A DNA stretch of 64,000 bases from Syntrophomonadaceae bacterium (GTDB taxonomy: Bacteria; Bacillota; Syntrophomonadia; Syntrophomonadales; Syntrophomonadaceae). Both the position numbers and the translations under genes were made by a program. This document shows positions 39,569 to 49,305 of this stretch, piece by piece. The DNA is taken from NCBI GenBank assembly GCA_012520725.1, contig JAAYNQ010000177.1, positions 8,696 through 72,695 on the forward strand, written 5' to 3'. The notes beneath the pieces are model-generated. The model saw only the letters and a program-made list of their open reading frames with translations. It was not told the origin of the DNA and did not search any database. Numbering within the stretch: position 1 is the stretch's first letter; the number at the start of each line of letters is the position of its first letter.

Positions 39569-40321
39569 TTGAAGGTTCTAGTTTGTGTTAAGCAGACATT
39601 CGACACCGAAGCCAAAATTGAATTAAAGGATGGCAAAATTGCAGATGCAGGGATTAATTTAATCATTAACCCCTATGATGAAGTGGCTGTAGAAGGTGGA
39701 ATCCAATTAAAGGAAAAGAAAATAGTAGATGAAGTAGTTGTATTATCTGCCGGATCCGACAAGGCTATGGATGCTATTCGCACAGCCCTGGCTATGGGCG
39801 CCGACCGTGGTATTCTACTGAAGCAGGACACCGCTGCAGACGAATATGCAAGAGCAGTTGCTCTGGCTGCAGCTATCAAAGAAGAGAATCCTGACATCAT
39901 ACTGGCTGGCCACGTTGCCGCTGACGATGGTTCATCACAGGTTCCCACCCGTATTGCAGAAATTTTAGGAATTCCGCATATCAATGTTATCACCAATGTG
40001 GAAATCGCTGATGGTAAAGCAACCTGTACCTGTGAAGCTGACGGCGGTACTCTGGTAGCAGAAGTTGCCCTGCCCGCAGTTATTTCATCCCAGGTAAGCT
40101 GGAATGAACCCCGTTATCCTTCCATGAAGGGTATCATGCAGGCCAAGAAGAAACCAGTTGCAACTAAAGATGCAGCAGCAGTTGACAACAAGGTTACAAT
40201 TATCGAGTATGCTATGCCACCTGCCAAGCAGGCTGGAGTAAAGATCGAGGATGATCCTGATGTATGCGCTGCTAAGTTGGCAGACTGGATGTTAAATACC
40301 GTTAAAATCGAAGTTAAATAG
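39569..40321 (+). CDS. etfB: electron transfer flavoprotein beta subunit
   Basis: MKVLVCVKQTFDTEAK when started at TTG 39569, 7 nt after AGGAGG. The track ATG at 39563 is too close to the SD. Confidence 0.9.
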   Translation: MKVLVCVKQTFDTEAKIELKDGKIADAGINLIINPYDEVAVEGGIQLKEKKIVDEVVVLSAGSDKAMDAIRTALAMGADRGILLKQDTAADEYARAVALAAAIKEENPDIILAGHVAADDGSSQVPTRIAEILGIPHINVITNVEIADGKATCTCEADGGTLVAEVALPAVISSQVSWNEPRYPSMKGIMQAKKKPVATKDAAAVDNKVTIIEYAMPPAKQAGVKIEDDPDVCAAKLADWMLNTVKIEVK

Positions 40322-40363
40322 TTGAGGTATACCTATAACTTATTAATAAAAGGAGGGTAATTG

Positions 40364-41317
40364 ATGCCAGGAACATGGATTATTGTAGAACAAAGGGATG
40401 GTAATGTTCGTAAGGTTACTTTCGAAATGCTGTCGGAAGCTAAAAAATATGGCGAAGAAGTTAGTGCAGTAGTTTTTGGAAAGAACGTAGAGGGCCTAGC
40501 TCCCGAATTTGCTAAATACGGTGCTGACAAAGTATACGTAGTGGAAGGCGATTTATTTGCCGAATACAATACTGGAGCTTATGTAGCTCAATTAGCTGCT
40601 ATGATAGCTGAATATCAGCCTAATGCAGTTTTGTTTGCTCACACCTTTAATGGTCGTGATTTTGCTTCCCGTCTGGCTCAGAAACTGGAAGCCGGTTTGG
40701 CAACAGATGCTATAGCTGCTGAAATAACAGCAGGCAAAGGCGTTTTTACCCGGGCTATTTATGCCGGTAAAGCCCTGGCCAAGGTAGAAGTGACTACTTC
40801 CCCCATTCTGGCTACCATTAGGGCTGGAGTTATGGAAGTAGCTGAAGCAGCCGGTGCTGGAGCAGTGGTTAAGCCTGCTATAGCAGCTACCGATGCCGAT
40901 GTATACCAGAGTATTAAATCATTTGTTCCCACCGTTTCCGCCCGCCCAGATCTGACTGAAGCTGAGGTTGTGGTCTCCGGTGGACGTGGTTGTAAAGGTC
41001 CAGACGGAATTAAGCTGGTTGAGCAACTGGCTGACATGCTGGGAGCCGCTGTTGGTGGATCCCGTGCATCGATCGACTCCGGATGGTTAGGACATGAACT
41101 ACAGGTTGGACAGACCGGAAAAGTAGTTAACCCCAATCTGTATATCGCAGCCGGTATCTCCGGTGCTATCCAGCATTTGGCTGGTATGTCCTCCTCCAAA
41201 TTTATTGCAGCCATCAATACTGACCCAGAAGCTCCTATATTCAACGTGTCGGATTTTGGAGTAGTATCAGACTTATTTAAAGTAATACCTGCACTTTGTA
41301 CAGAACTGAAAAAATAG
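40364..41317 (+). CDS. etfA: electron transfer flavoprotein alpha subunit
   Basis: C-terminal FAD-binding signature VVSGGRG...GASRA..D.GW...QVGQTGKVV.P.LYIA.GISGAIQH. Confidence 0.9.
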   Translation: MPGTWIIVEQRDGNVRKVTFEMLSEAKKYGEEVSAVVFGKNVEGLAPEFAKYGADKVYVVEGDLFAEYNTGAYVAQLAAMIAEYQPNAVLFAHTFNGRDFASRLAQKLEAGLATDAIAAEITAGKGVFTRAIYAGKALAKVEVTTSPILATIRAGVMEVAEAAGAGAVVKPAIAATDADVYQSIKSFVPTVSARPDLTEAEVVVSGGRGCKGPDGIKLVEQLADMLGAAVGGSRASIDSGWLGHELQVGQTGKVVNPNLYIAAGISGAIQHLAGMSSSKFIAAINTDPEAPIFNVSDFGVVSDLFKVIPALCTELKK

Positions 41318-41409
41318 TCATTCTGGCAGGGGTGAGGAAAAGGTTTTTACTGGATATACCTGATGGTATATCCAGTAAAACCAGCTGTATTTAAGGAGGG
41401 AATTGTACA

Positions 41410-43560
41410 ATGATTTTTGGATTTCATCCAATAGAAGGTGGCTATGATGTCCCTATGCGTATGGTAGGGGCAAACATTCCCTACGAATGGCTGATTTATA
41501 TATTTATGTTTATACCCATTGGTATTTTTCTTTTTGGTTTTTATAAGAGATTCCAGGTTTGGACCCTGGCTAAAGGTGAACTGCATCGCAATGACCGGGT
41601 TGGCGAAAGGTTGATTTCATTACTGAAATACAGCTTTGCTCAGGCTAAAGTTATCAAAAAGCCCTTGGCCGGGTGGATGCATTTTCTTTTGTTCTGGGGC
41701 TTTTTAGTATTGGCGCTGGCGGCTGGAGTGGACGCATCTCATTATTGGTTGGGATTTCCACATATTGAGGGCAATTCATATATTTACTTCTCAGCCGTTG
41801 TTGACGTATTAGGTTTTCTGGCTTTGGTTGGAGTTATAGTTCTGGCTGTGGTTCGCTATGTACAGAAACCTGATCGTCTTAATGATACCAAGACCTCTGA
41901 TGGATGGGTTTTGATACTCATAATAGCTATACTGTTAACCGGTTTCTTTATTGAGGGATTAAGAATAGCAGCGCAGATTATCCAGTCCACCACTCTGGCC
42001 CAGATTGCTTATGAACAACAGGCCTCACCTATAGGCTGGATTTTCGCCCAATGGTTTGTAGACACCCAGTCATTTGTAAATGGGCAACTGGAATCAATCC
42101 TTGTATGGCATCGTATCTTATGGTGGTTCCACATGGCTATAGCCTTCCTGTTTATTGCCCTGATGCCATTTACCAAACTGTGGCACATAGTTGCCAGCAT
42201 GTTGAATTATACTTTCCGGGATCTGGAACCTTCTGCATGCCGCATGGTAGAGAATATAGAGGAAGCTGAAACTTTCGGAGTTGAGAACATTGAAGAGTTT
42301 GGTTGGAAAGATTTGCTGGATTTAGATGCCTGTATACGCTGCGGAAGGTGCCAGGAGAATTGCCCGGCTTATAATACTGGAAAACATCTGAATCCCAAAA
42401 TTACTCTTATACAGCATATGAAAGAACATTTGGACGCCAAAGCTCCATATCTGATTGCTGCCAAGGATGCGCACCATGATGAAGCGGAGATGGTAGCCAT
42501 GACCGAAGAAGCCGAAGAAGCAGTAAATCCCATGGAGCAGAGCCTGCTTTATGATGTGGTTACTACCGAAGTAATCTGGGATTGCACCAATTGTCGGGCT
42601 TGCATGGAACACTGTCCTATGTTTATTGAGCATATTCCTAAGATTGTAGAAATGCGCAGAAACCTGGTGATGTGGCAGGGAGATATGCCTGGTGAAGCCC
42701 AAATGGCCTTTACCAATATGGAACGTAACTATAATCCCTGGGGGGTAGGCTGGGCTGGAAGGGCTGAATGGCTCAATGAAAGAGGAGTCAGGGATTTAGT
42801 CAATCTCTTGCCTGAAGATGGTAAAGAATTTGAATACCTGCTCTATGCCGGCTGTGCGGTATCCTTTGATGATCGCTATAAGAGAGTCGGAGAAGCCTTG
42901 GTCAGACTGCTGAATGAAGCAGGAGTTTCCTTCGGTTATTTAGGAACAGAAGAATACTGTTGCGGCGATTCGGCTAGAAGACTGGGGAATGAGTACCTTT
43001 ACCAGACCCTGGCTGCTCAGAATATCGAATCATTCAATAACTATGGGGTTAAGAAGATTATCGTAGTCTGTCCCCATGGCTACACGGCCTTGAAGAATGA
43101 GTATCCTCAGATGGGTGGCAAGTATGAAGTATATCATTATAGTGAATTCCTGGCCCAGCTGATTGCTGAAGGCAAGTTAAAACCAGGCAAGCTGGGAGCC
43201 AAGATCACTTATCACGATTCCTGCTTCCTGGGTCGTCATAATGACGTATATGATGAACCCAGAAAGGTAATGGCCGCTGCAGGTCTTAATCTGGTTGAAA
43301 TTGAGAAATCCAAAAACTTTGGCTTCTGCTGTGGAGCCGGAGGTGGACGGATGTGGCTGGAAGAAGATGCGGTGGAAGGTTACAAGCGTATTAATGATAC
43401 CAGAACTGATCAACTATTAGAGCCTGCTCCCGAGATGATTATAACCAACTGTCCGTTCTGCTTGACCATGATTTCCGACGGGGTAAAAGGCGCCGAAGTA
43501 GAAGATCAGACCAAAGTATTTGATCTGGCCGAGGTAATCTGGCAATCATTGAAAAAATAG
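41410..43560 (+). CDS. membrane-bound Fe-S oxidoreductase: NarI/DsrM-like heme-b membrane domain, 2x[4Fe-4S] ferredoxin domain, and two CCG (HdrD/GlpC-like) domains
   Basis: About 5-6 N-terminal TM helices with conserved His (WMHFLLFWGF, WWFHMAIAF). CIRCGRCQENCP and CTNCRACMEHCP. Two CCG motifs (EYCCGDS, FCCGAGGG). Directly follows etfBA. Confidence 0.85.
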   Translation: MIFGFHPIEGGYDVPMRMVGANIPYEWLIYIFMFIPIGIFLFGFYKRFQVWTLAKGELHRNDRVGERLISLLKYSFAQAKVIKKPLAGWMHFLLFWGFLVLALAAGVDASHYWLGFPHIEGNSYIYFSAVVDVLGFLALVGVIVLAVVRYVQKPDRLNDTKTSDGWVLILIIAILLTGFFIEGLRIAAQIIQSTTLAQIAYEQQASPIGWIFAQWFVDTQSFVNGQLESILVWHRILWWFHMAIAFLFIALMPFTKLWHIVASMLNYTFRDLEPSACRMVENIEEAETFGVENIEEFGWKDLLDLDACIRCGRCQENCPAYNTGKHLNPKITLIQHMKEHLDAKAPYLIAAKDAHHDEAEMVAMTEEAEEAVNPMEQSLLYDVVTTEVIWDCTNCRACMEHCPMFIEHIPKIVEMRRNLVMWQGDMPGEAQMAFTNMERNYNPWGVGWAGRAEWLNERGVRDLVNLLPEDGKEFEYLLYAGCAVSFDDRYKRVGEALVRLLNEAGVSFGYLGTEEYCCGDSARRLGNEYLYQTLAAQNIESFNNYGVKKIIVVCPHGYTALKNEYPQMGGKYEVYHYSEFLAQLIAEGKLKPGKLGAKITYHDSCFLGRHNDVYDEPRKVMAAAGLNLVEIEKSKNFGFCCGAGGGRMWLEEDAVEGYKRINDTRTDQLLEPAPEMIITNCPFCLTMISDGVKGAEVEDQTKVFDLAEVIWQSLKK

Positions 43561-43574
43561 TAATGATGGCTGAG

Positions 43575-43611
43575 AATAAGTGAGGTATTAATCTACCTCA
43601 CTTATTTTTTT
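43575..43611 (+). terminator. intrinsic terminator after the etf/oxidoreductase operon
   Basis: AATAAGTGAGGTA-TTAATC-TACCTCACTTATT 13-bp stem followed by TTTTT. Confidence 0.85.
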
Positions 43612-43709
43612 ATAATGATATAAGGAAAGAGCTTAAAATAAACTAATACCATTCAGTAGCCTATTTGATACGTTCCCTAGAAAAAGTGAAGGCAGGTAGG
43701 GATGGATAA

Positions 43710-44438
43710 ATGAGACTGGCAAAATACCTGGCCGCTGCTGGAGCGGCATCGCGCCGTAAGGCAGAACAATTGATAGTCGAGGGGAGAATAAAAGTCAATG
43801 GGGTCTTGGTGATTGAGCCCGGACGAGTAATCAACCCCCATCTGGACATAATAGACTTTGATGGACAAATACTTAAACCCCAGAAAAAAATATACCTTAT
43901 GTTGAATAAGCCGGCGGGTTATCTAAGCAGTACCTATGATCCTCATGGCCGGCCAACAGTAATGGATTTATTAAAGGGTATTCAAGGTCGCTTGTATCCG
44001 GTGGGACGTTTAGACTTAGATACCAGAGGACTCTTGCTCTTAAGCAATGATGGGGAGTTTACCAACAAGATAATTCATCCTCGTTATCATGTGGACAAGA
44101 AATACCAGGTATTGGTCAAGGGGCAGCTCAGCGAAAAGGCGTTAAGACAGCTAAGAAAGGGAGTCCAATTGGAAGATGGATTGACTTCACCAGCGGAAGT
44201 AAAGGTATTACAGACCAATACTAATTCTACCTTAATCGAAATGTCCATACACGAAGGACGCAAGCGGCAGGTAAAGAGAATGCTGGCTCAAGTAGGTTTC
44301 CCAGTTATCAGTCTAAAGAGAACCGCTATAGCCTTTTTGGACTTGGGAAATCTTGAAGAAGGCCAATACCGTCACTTAGATCCCCATGAGGTTAAGGGCT
44401 TGCTGGATTTAGCTCAATCAGGGGTACCAGAAAAATAA
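43710..44438 (+). CDS. rluB: pseudouridine synthase, RsuA/RluB family
   Basis: N-terminal S4 domain (MRLAKYLAAAGAASRRKAE) and catalytic motif GRLDLDTRGLLLLSNDG. Confidence 0.85.
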   Translation: MRLAKYLAAAGAASRRKAEQLIVEGRIKVNGVLVIEPGRVINPHLDIIDFDGQILKPQKKIYLMLNKPAGYLSSTYDPHGRPTVMDLLKGIQGRLYPVGRLDLDTRGLLLLSNDGEFTNKIIHPRYHVDKKYQVLVKGQLSEKALRQLRKGVQLEDGLTSPAEVKVLQTNTNSTLIEMSIHEGRKRQVKRMLAQVGFPVISLKRTAIAFLDLGNLEEGQYRHLDPHEVKGLLDLAQSGVPEK

Positions 44439-44643
44439 AGCTGGGATGGGGAGAAGGCTCTTTAAATAATCCCGATTCACTCAGTGTAAAATAAGCTACT
44501 TTCTTATTAAGCATCCGGATTTCATCAATATTTTAGTCATTCCGGGCAGGAATAGTGGAGACTTTCTATTAATAGTAGCCAGGGAATGCGAAAATCAAGC
44601 AAATAGGATATAATAGACAAAATTCCTCAGTGGAAGACTCTTC

Positions 44644-45096
44644 ATGGATGGAGGTAAGGCATTGGCCAGGCTCAGATTTAAAATGCGTTTAGATTTTGTA
44701 GCAGAGAGTAAAAGTGCTAGACTCTTTTTTGGCAATAAAGGTTCAGTTGAACAGGCCGAGGAGCTACGTGAGCAAAAGGTAAGCTTATTGCGCAATATCC
44801 CAGTTCAGGGCATCATTATTGAGCAGATTGATATGGATCATGAAATCTACACCATAATTGATGAATACAGCAATAAGCTTAGCTATTATGCACCAGTATA
44901 CATTTTGTTTAGTGCAGATTCACTGGAAAATGCGCTGAGATTTACGATGAAAGAAGAGTTCAGAACCATAGAGATGCTTGATCCTGAGCAGATTACATTA
45001 TCGCAGATGGAAACAGTTAGATTAGTACAGAATGTTAATGATGAGCTTCTCAATTTCAAGCGGGTTCTAGAGCGAAGAATGGAAAATTGGAAGTAA
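44644..45096 (+). CDS. hypothetical protein (no family recognised)
   Basis: 150-aa ORF. An in-frame TTG at 44662, 6 nt after GGAGGT, may be the true start. Followed by a terminator. Confidence 0.45.
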   Translation: MDGGKALARLRFKMRLDFVAESKSARLFFGNKGSVEQAEELREQKVSLLRNIPVQGIIIEQIDMDHEIYTIIDEYSNKLSYYAPVYILFSADSLENALRFTMKEEFRTIEMLDPEQITLSQMETVRLVQNVNDELLNFKRVLERRMENWK

Positions 45097-45220
45097 TTAA
45101 GCCAGGCTGCTGCATAGATATCTGCTGTAAATAGACGGGTTTAGCTGGCTTGCGGAAACGACACCGAGAGCATACATTATAATTGAAGCCAATAGTGAAA
45201 GTGATTTATTGAGTCCGGGT

Positions 45221-45260
45221 AAAAGCCGCTGCTACCTGTAATTGGGTAGTAGCGGTTTTA
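45221..45260 (+). terminator. intrinsic terminator
   Basis: AAAAGCCGCTGCTACC...GGGTAGTAGCGGTTTT imperfect hairpin with T-run. Confidence 0.65.
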
Positions 45261-45354
45261 GTTATAATTAACACAAATTTAATTGATATCTAGTTCTATA
45301 CCAAGTATACTTTTACACAGTTGTTGTTTTTTAAGTCCCGGAAAGGAGAGGCTC

Positions 45355-46059
45355 TTGAGCCATATAAGCATATTCTCAGGTGCCTTCGGCAGCGGAAAAA
45401 CAGAGATTGCACTCAACTATGCCCTGGAAAGGGCGGTTAGTACTGAGTATAATAAGGTGTTCCTGGCAGATCTGGATACGGCCAATACATTTTTTGTAGC
45501 GCGAGATGCTGGAGAACTCTTGGGCCGGGCAGGAAAAAAAGTACATATTCTGGCTCCGAGAAGAGAATTAGCCCAAGCTGACATACCCCACCTGCCGGCG
45601 GAAATTCTTGGGCAGTTGAGAGCCGATAACGAAATAATAGTAGACCTGGCCGGGGATAAATATGGAGCCCTGGTATTAGGGTATCTAAGCCCATATATTA
45701 AAGCCCGAGCTCATTATGAGATGTTTTTGGTCATTAATCCCTTTCGTCCTTTTTATTCCAGCCTGGATGAAGTAGATGAATTAAGAAAGTTGTTGGAAAT
45801 GGCAGGCCGAGTCAAATTCAGCGGCATTGTCAGCAATCCCAATTTGGTTGAAGATACCAGCCTGGAATTAATAAGAGAAGGACATCGACGGGTAATGGGA
45901 TTTGCTGGTGAAATGGGGATTCCTATAGCATATCTGGCCGTTGAGGACAGGTTCTATCAGGAGCTTTATTCAGAATACGGAACTATACTTAAAAGGATTA
46001 AACTATTTTTACGCCCCGATTGGATAAAGGGGTTGGAGGAGGGAAAGAAGGATGGCTAA
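45355..46059 (+). CDS. P-loop NTPase of unassigned family, translationally coupled to korD
   Basis: TTG 45355 follows AAAGGAGAG and gives MSHISIFSGAFGSGKTE (Walker A at residues ~8-15) and a Walker-B-like IIVDLAGD. Its stop overlaps the korD ATG by 8 nt. Confidence 0.6.
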   Translation: MSHISIFSGAFGSGKTEIALNYALERAVSTEYNKVFLADLDTANTFFVARDAGELLGRAGKKVHILAPRRELAQADIPHLPAEILGQLRADNEIIVDLAGDKYGALVLGYLSPYIKARAHYEMFLVINPFRPFYSSLDEVDELRKLLEMAGRVKFSGIVSNPNLVEDTSLELIREGHRRVMGFAGEMGIPIAYLAVEDRFYQELYSEYGTILKRIKLFLRPDWIKGLEEGKKDG

Positions 46060-46267
46060 GGGCAGGGTTAGGTTATTTCCCGAACGCTGTAAGGCCTGTG
46101 GGCTTTGTATAGAGTTTTGCCCTAAAGATGTGCTGGGTTTTGATGAAGAGACTATTAATATGCTGGGCTATCATCCCATAAAGGATCTTAAACCCGAATC
46201 ATGTACCGGTTGTGCTATATGTGCCGTAGTTTGTCCGGATCTGGTTATAGAGGTGGAAAGGGTGTGA
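46052..46267 (+). CDS. korD: 2-oxoacid:ferredoxin oxidoreductase delta subunit (2x[4Fe-4S])
   Basis: CKACGLCIEFCP and CTGCAICAVVCP. 71 aa. Confidence 0.85.
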   Translation: MAKGRVRLFPERCKACGLCIEFCPKDVLGFDEETINMLGYHPIKDLKPESCTGCAICAVVCPDLVIEVERV

Positions 46268-46271
46268 TAGC

Positions 46272-47327
46272 ATGGATAGAGTATTAATGAAGGGTAATGA
46301 AGCTCTGGCGGAGGGGGCTATCCTGGCCGGATGCCGGGGTTTTTTCGGGTATCCCATTACCCCCTCCAGTGAAATAGCAGAATATATGGCCCGAAAAATG
46401 CCTAAGATTGGTGGGGTCTTTGTTCAGGCAGAAAGTGAATTGGCTGCTATCAATATGGTTTATGGTGGGGCAGCTACCGGCGCCCGGGTAATGACCGCAT
46501 CATCTGGTCCGGGGCTGAGTCTCAAGCAGGAGGGAATATCTTTTATTGCCGAAGCTGAACTCCCCTGTCTAATTGTCAACATTTCCCGGGGAGGGCCTGG
46601 TTTGGGAGGTATTCAGCCGGCTCAGTCGGATTATTTTCAGGCTACCCGGGGTGGCGGCCATGGAGATTATCATACCATTGTCTTAGCTCCTTCCGGGTCC
46701 CAGGAAATGATGGATTTTGCTATTGAAGCTTTTGAACTGGCGGACAAGTATCGAATCCCAGTCATGATTATGGCCGAGGGTACTTTGGGCAATCTTATGG
46801 AACCTATAGTGATGAGAGAACCGGTACTTAATAAGGTGGATAAACCCTGGGCTATTTCAGGTTGCCAGGGTAGAAAGCCCAATATAATCAACACCTTGCA
46901 TCTGGGAAGCGAAGAGTTGGAAAATCGCAATCTGCATTTGGCTAATAAATACAAGCTTATACAAGCCCAGGAGAAAAGGGCTGAAAGCTACCTGGTAGAA
47001 GATGCGGAATTGGTGGTGGTAGCCTTTGGAATAATGGCCCGGATAGTAAAAAAGGCGGTGGTGGAAGCCCGCAAACGGGGAATCAAGGCCGGCCTGGTCC
47101 GACCAATCACCTTATGGCCTTTCCCGGATGAAGACCTTCGACAGGCGGCTGAGCATGCCCGTTTGTTTCTATCAGTAGAGATAAGCATGGGGCAGATGAT
47201 ACAGGACATACAATTAGCCCTGGCCGGGCGGGTTCCAGTGGAATTCTATGGCCGAATAGGATTCACCCCCAATCCGGAGGAAATCCTGCAAGAGATCATA
47301 CGGCTGGCAGCAAGGGAGGGGTTATAA
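46272..47327 (+). CDS. korA: 2-oxoglutarate/2-oxoacid:ferredoxin oxidoreductase alpha subunit
   Basis: [30 protein letters not shown] is the typical N-terminus. 351 aa. Confidence 0.85.
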   Translation: MDRVLMKGNEALAEGAILAGCRGFFGYPITPSSEIAEYMARKMPKIGGVFVQAESELAAINMVYGGAATGARVMTASSGPGLSLKQEGISFIAEAELPCLIVNISRGGPGLGGIQPAQSDYFQATRGGGHGDYHTIVLAPSGSQEMMDFAIEAFELADKYRIPVMIMAEGTLGNLMEPIVMREPVLNKVDKPWAISGCQGRKPNIINTLHLGSEELENRNLHLANKYKLIQAQEKRAESYLVEDAELVVVAFGIMARIVKKAVVEARKRGIKAGLVRPITLWPFPDEDLRQAAEHARLFLSVEISMGQMIQDIQLALAGRVPVEFYGRIGFTPNPEEILQEIIRLAAREGL

Positions 47328-48067
47328 TGAAAAAGGTGTTTCAAAGGCCGGAAAGCCTTACCGAGGCCAGGAATCACTATTGTCCAGGCTGCTCCCATGG
47401 TATTATTCACCGGCTCTTGGCTGAATGTATGGATGAGATGAATATCAGAGAAAAGACTATCGGTATTTGTCCGGTAGGATGTTCGGTTTTGGCCTATGAT
47501 TATTTCAACTGTGATATGCTGGAAGCTGCCCATGGTAGAGCTCCAGCTATTGCCACGGCCATAAAAAGACTCTTGCCGGACCGGTATTTATTTACCTATC
47601 AGGGTGATGGGGATTTGGCCTCCATAGGTATGGCGGAAATCGTTCATGCTTCGGCCAGGGGAGAGAAAATCACCGTGATTTTTGTAAATAATACCCTCTA
47701 TGGCATGACCGGGGGGCAGATGGCTCCTACCACCCTATTGGGACAGGTCACAACTACCTCCCCTTATGGGCGTAAGGTAGAAAACGAGGGATACCCTATG
47801 AAGATGGCTGAGCTGCTGAGCAGTAATGAGGGTTCGGCCTATATTTGCCGGACAGCAGTAAATAATCCGGCTAATATAAATCGAACCAAGAGGGCTATAA
47901 AAAAAGCTTTGCAGGTGCAGGAAAAAGGATTAGGATTCTCCATGGTGGAAATCCTATCTGCTTGTCCTACCAACTGGGGCTTGAGTCCAGTAGAGGCACT
48001 CAAATGGATGGAAAACAATATGATTCCCTATTATCCCTTGGGAGAATTTAAGGTTAAGGAGGATTAG
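47327..48067 (+). CDS. korB: 2-oxoglutarate/2-oxoacid:ferredoxin oxidoreductase beta subunit (TPP-binding)
   Basis: YCPGCSHG cluster Cys motif and the GDGD...NN TPP motif ([11 protein letters not shown]...[13 protein letters not shown]). TAATG overlap with korA. Confidence 0.85.
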   Translation: MKKVFQRPESLTEARNHYCPGCSHGIIHRLLAECMDEMNIREKTIGICPVGCSVLAYDYFNCDMLEAAHGRAPAIATAIKRLLPDRYLFTYQGDGDLASIGMAEIVHASARGEKITVIFVNNTLYGMTGGQMAPTTLLGQVTTTSPYGRKVENEGYPMKMAELLSSNEGSAYICRTAVNNPANINRTKRAIKKALQVQEKGLGFSMVEILSACPTNWGLSPVEALKWMENNMIPYYPLGEFKVKED

Positions 48068-48071
48068 TAGA

Positions 48072-48623
48072 ATGGATCGGGAAAAGCAGGTTTTGTTTGC
48101 AGGGTTTGGAGGTCAGGGAGTTCTTTCCATGGGACAGTTTTTAACCCATATCGCCATGAATGCAGGTAAGGAAGTGACCTGGGTGCCATCCTATGGAGCG
48201 GAAATGAGGGGAGGTACCGCCAATTGTCTGGTTACCATCAGTGAAGAAGAGATAAGCTCACCCCTTACTGAAAATCCCATGACGGCAATAATAATGAACC
48301 GACCCTCACTGGATAAATATGAAAGCCGGATTAAAGCTAACGGTACCCTGGTTATCAATTCATCCATGGTAGATCGCCTTCCGGAAAGAGAAGACTTAAA
48401 TGTACTGCAAATGCCGGTGAATCAAATCGCTGCTGAAATAGGAAATAGCAAAGGAGCCAACATGATTATCCTGGGGGCTTATTTGGAGAAAACTGGATTG
48501 ATCGAAGTTGAGGAAGCCCTGGATTACTTTGGGGTGGTTTTTAAGGGCAAGAATGAAAAGGTGATAGAAGAGAACAAGGCTGCTTTTATGGCTGGAGTTG
48601 AATATGCCCGCCGGCAGTGGTAA
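48072..48623 (+). CDS. korG: 2-oxoglutarate/2-oxoacid:ferredoxin oxidoreductase gamma subunit
   Basis: FAGFGGQGVLSMGQ N-terminal signature. 183 aa. Confidence 0.85.
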   Translation: MDREKQVLFAGFGGQGVLSMGQFLTHIAMNAGKEVTWVPSYGAEMRGGTANCLVTISEEEISSPLTENPMTAIIMNRPSLDKYESRIKANGTLVINSSMVDRLPEREDLNVLQMPVNQIAAEIGNSKGANMIILGAYLEKTGLIEVEEALDYFGVVFKGKNEKVIEENKAAFMAGVEYARRQW

Positions 48624-48763
48624 TTAAGAATAGTCTGAGAGCTATCGCCAAATAATCACTTCTACCATCTACCCGTTTAAATTTTTTTATTTCATCTATA
48701 GGCCTGAGTTCAAGATTTTCATGGATATTCTTAAGTGCCGGGGCATAATATAGAGGAGAAATA

Positions 48764-49261
48764 ATGAGCGGGGGGATGATGGTGAAGAGGTTCATTGAAA
48801 AGGTTGAAAAATATCTCATCCGTTCGGTGGCTCTCATTTTTGTTGCTCTGATTGTGGTTCAGGGTTTGATGACCCATGATGATATGCGTTTATATCTAAG
48901 CCTGGGTGAACGCCTGGAAGGGCAGTCCATTGACTATCCGGTTCATTCCCAGCCGCCCCAGGAAGAAATGGGAGCAGTCCATTCTCCTTATGCCCTCCTC
49001 TGCTTGAGCCTGGAAGAATATACATCCTTACCCAGGGCTGCCGTTTTAGTTAATGGGGAAGAATATGCTGCCTTTGAGCAGAAAGAACTGGAATTAAAGC
49101 TTTTAGCTGGAGACGTGGTGGAAATTGATGCTTCAGCTTACAATTTCCCCGTGCGCTTCAAAGTAGAGGGAGTATCGGATAATCTTGCTTATCCAGTTAA
49201 GGACGAAATATATGTTTGCAATCATGATGTAGTAATGATTGGTAAAGTTGTAGTAAAATAA
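48764..49261 (+). CDS. hypothetical single-pass membrane protein
   Basis: N-terminal TM segment (SVALIFVALIVVQGL) followed by a ~120-aa soluble domain. No family recognised. Confidence 0.5.
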   Translation: MSGGMMVKRFIEKVEKYLIRSVALIFVALIVVQGLMTHDDMRLYLSLGERLEGQSIDYPVHSQPPQEEMGAVHSPYALLCLSLEEYTSLPRAAVLVNGEEYAAFEQKELELKLLAGDVVEIDASAYNFPVRFKVEGVSDNLAYPVKDEIYVCNHDVVMIGKVVVK

Positions 49262-49305
49262 ACACACAGGTTGAACCGAGAGGAAAAAGGACTGGGAGGC
49301 AGGAA

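Noticed and set aside
40759-41244. 161-aa - strand ORF inside etfA.
   Set aside because: Ala/Ser/Pro/Thr-rich antisense shadow of the GC-rich etfA codons, with no start context.
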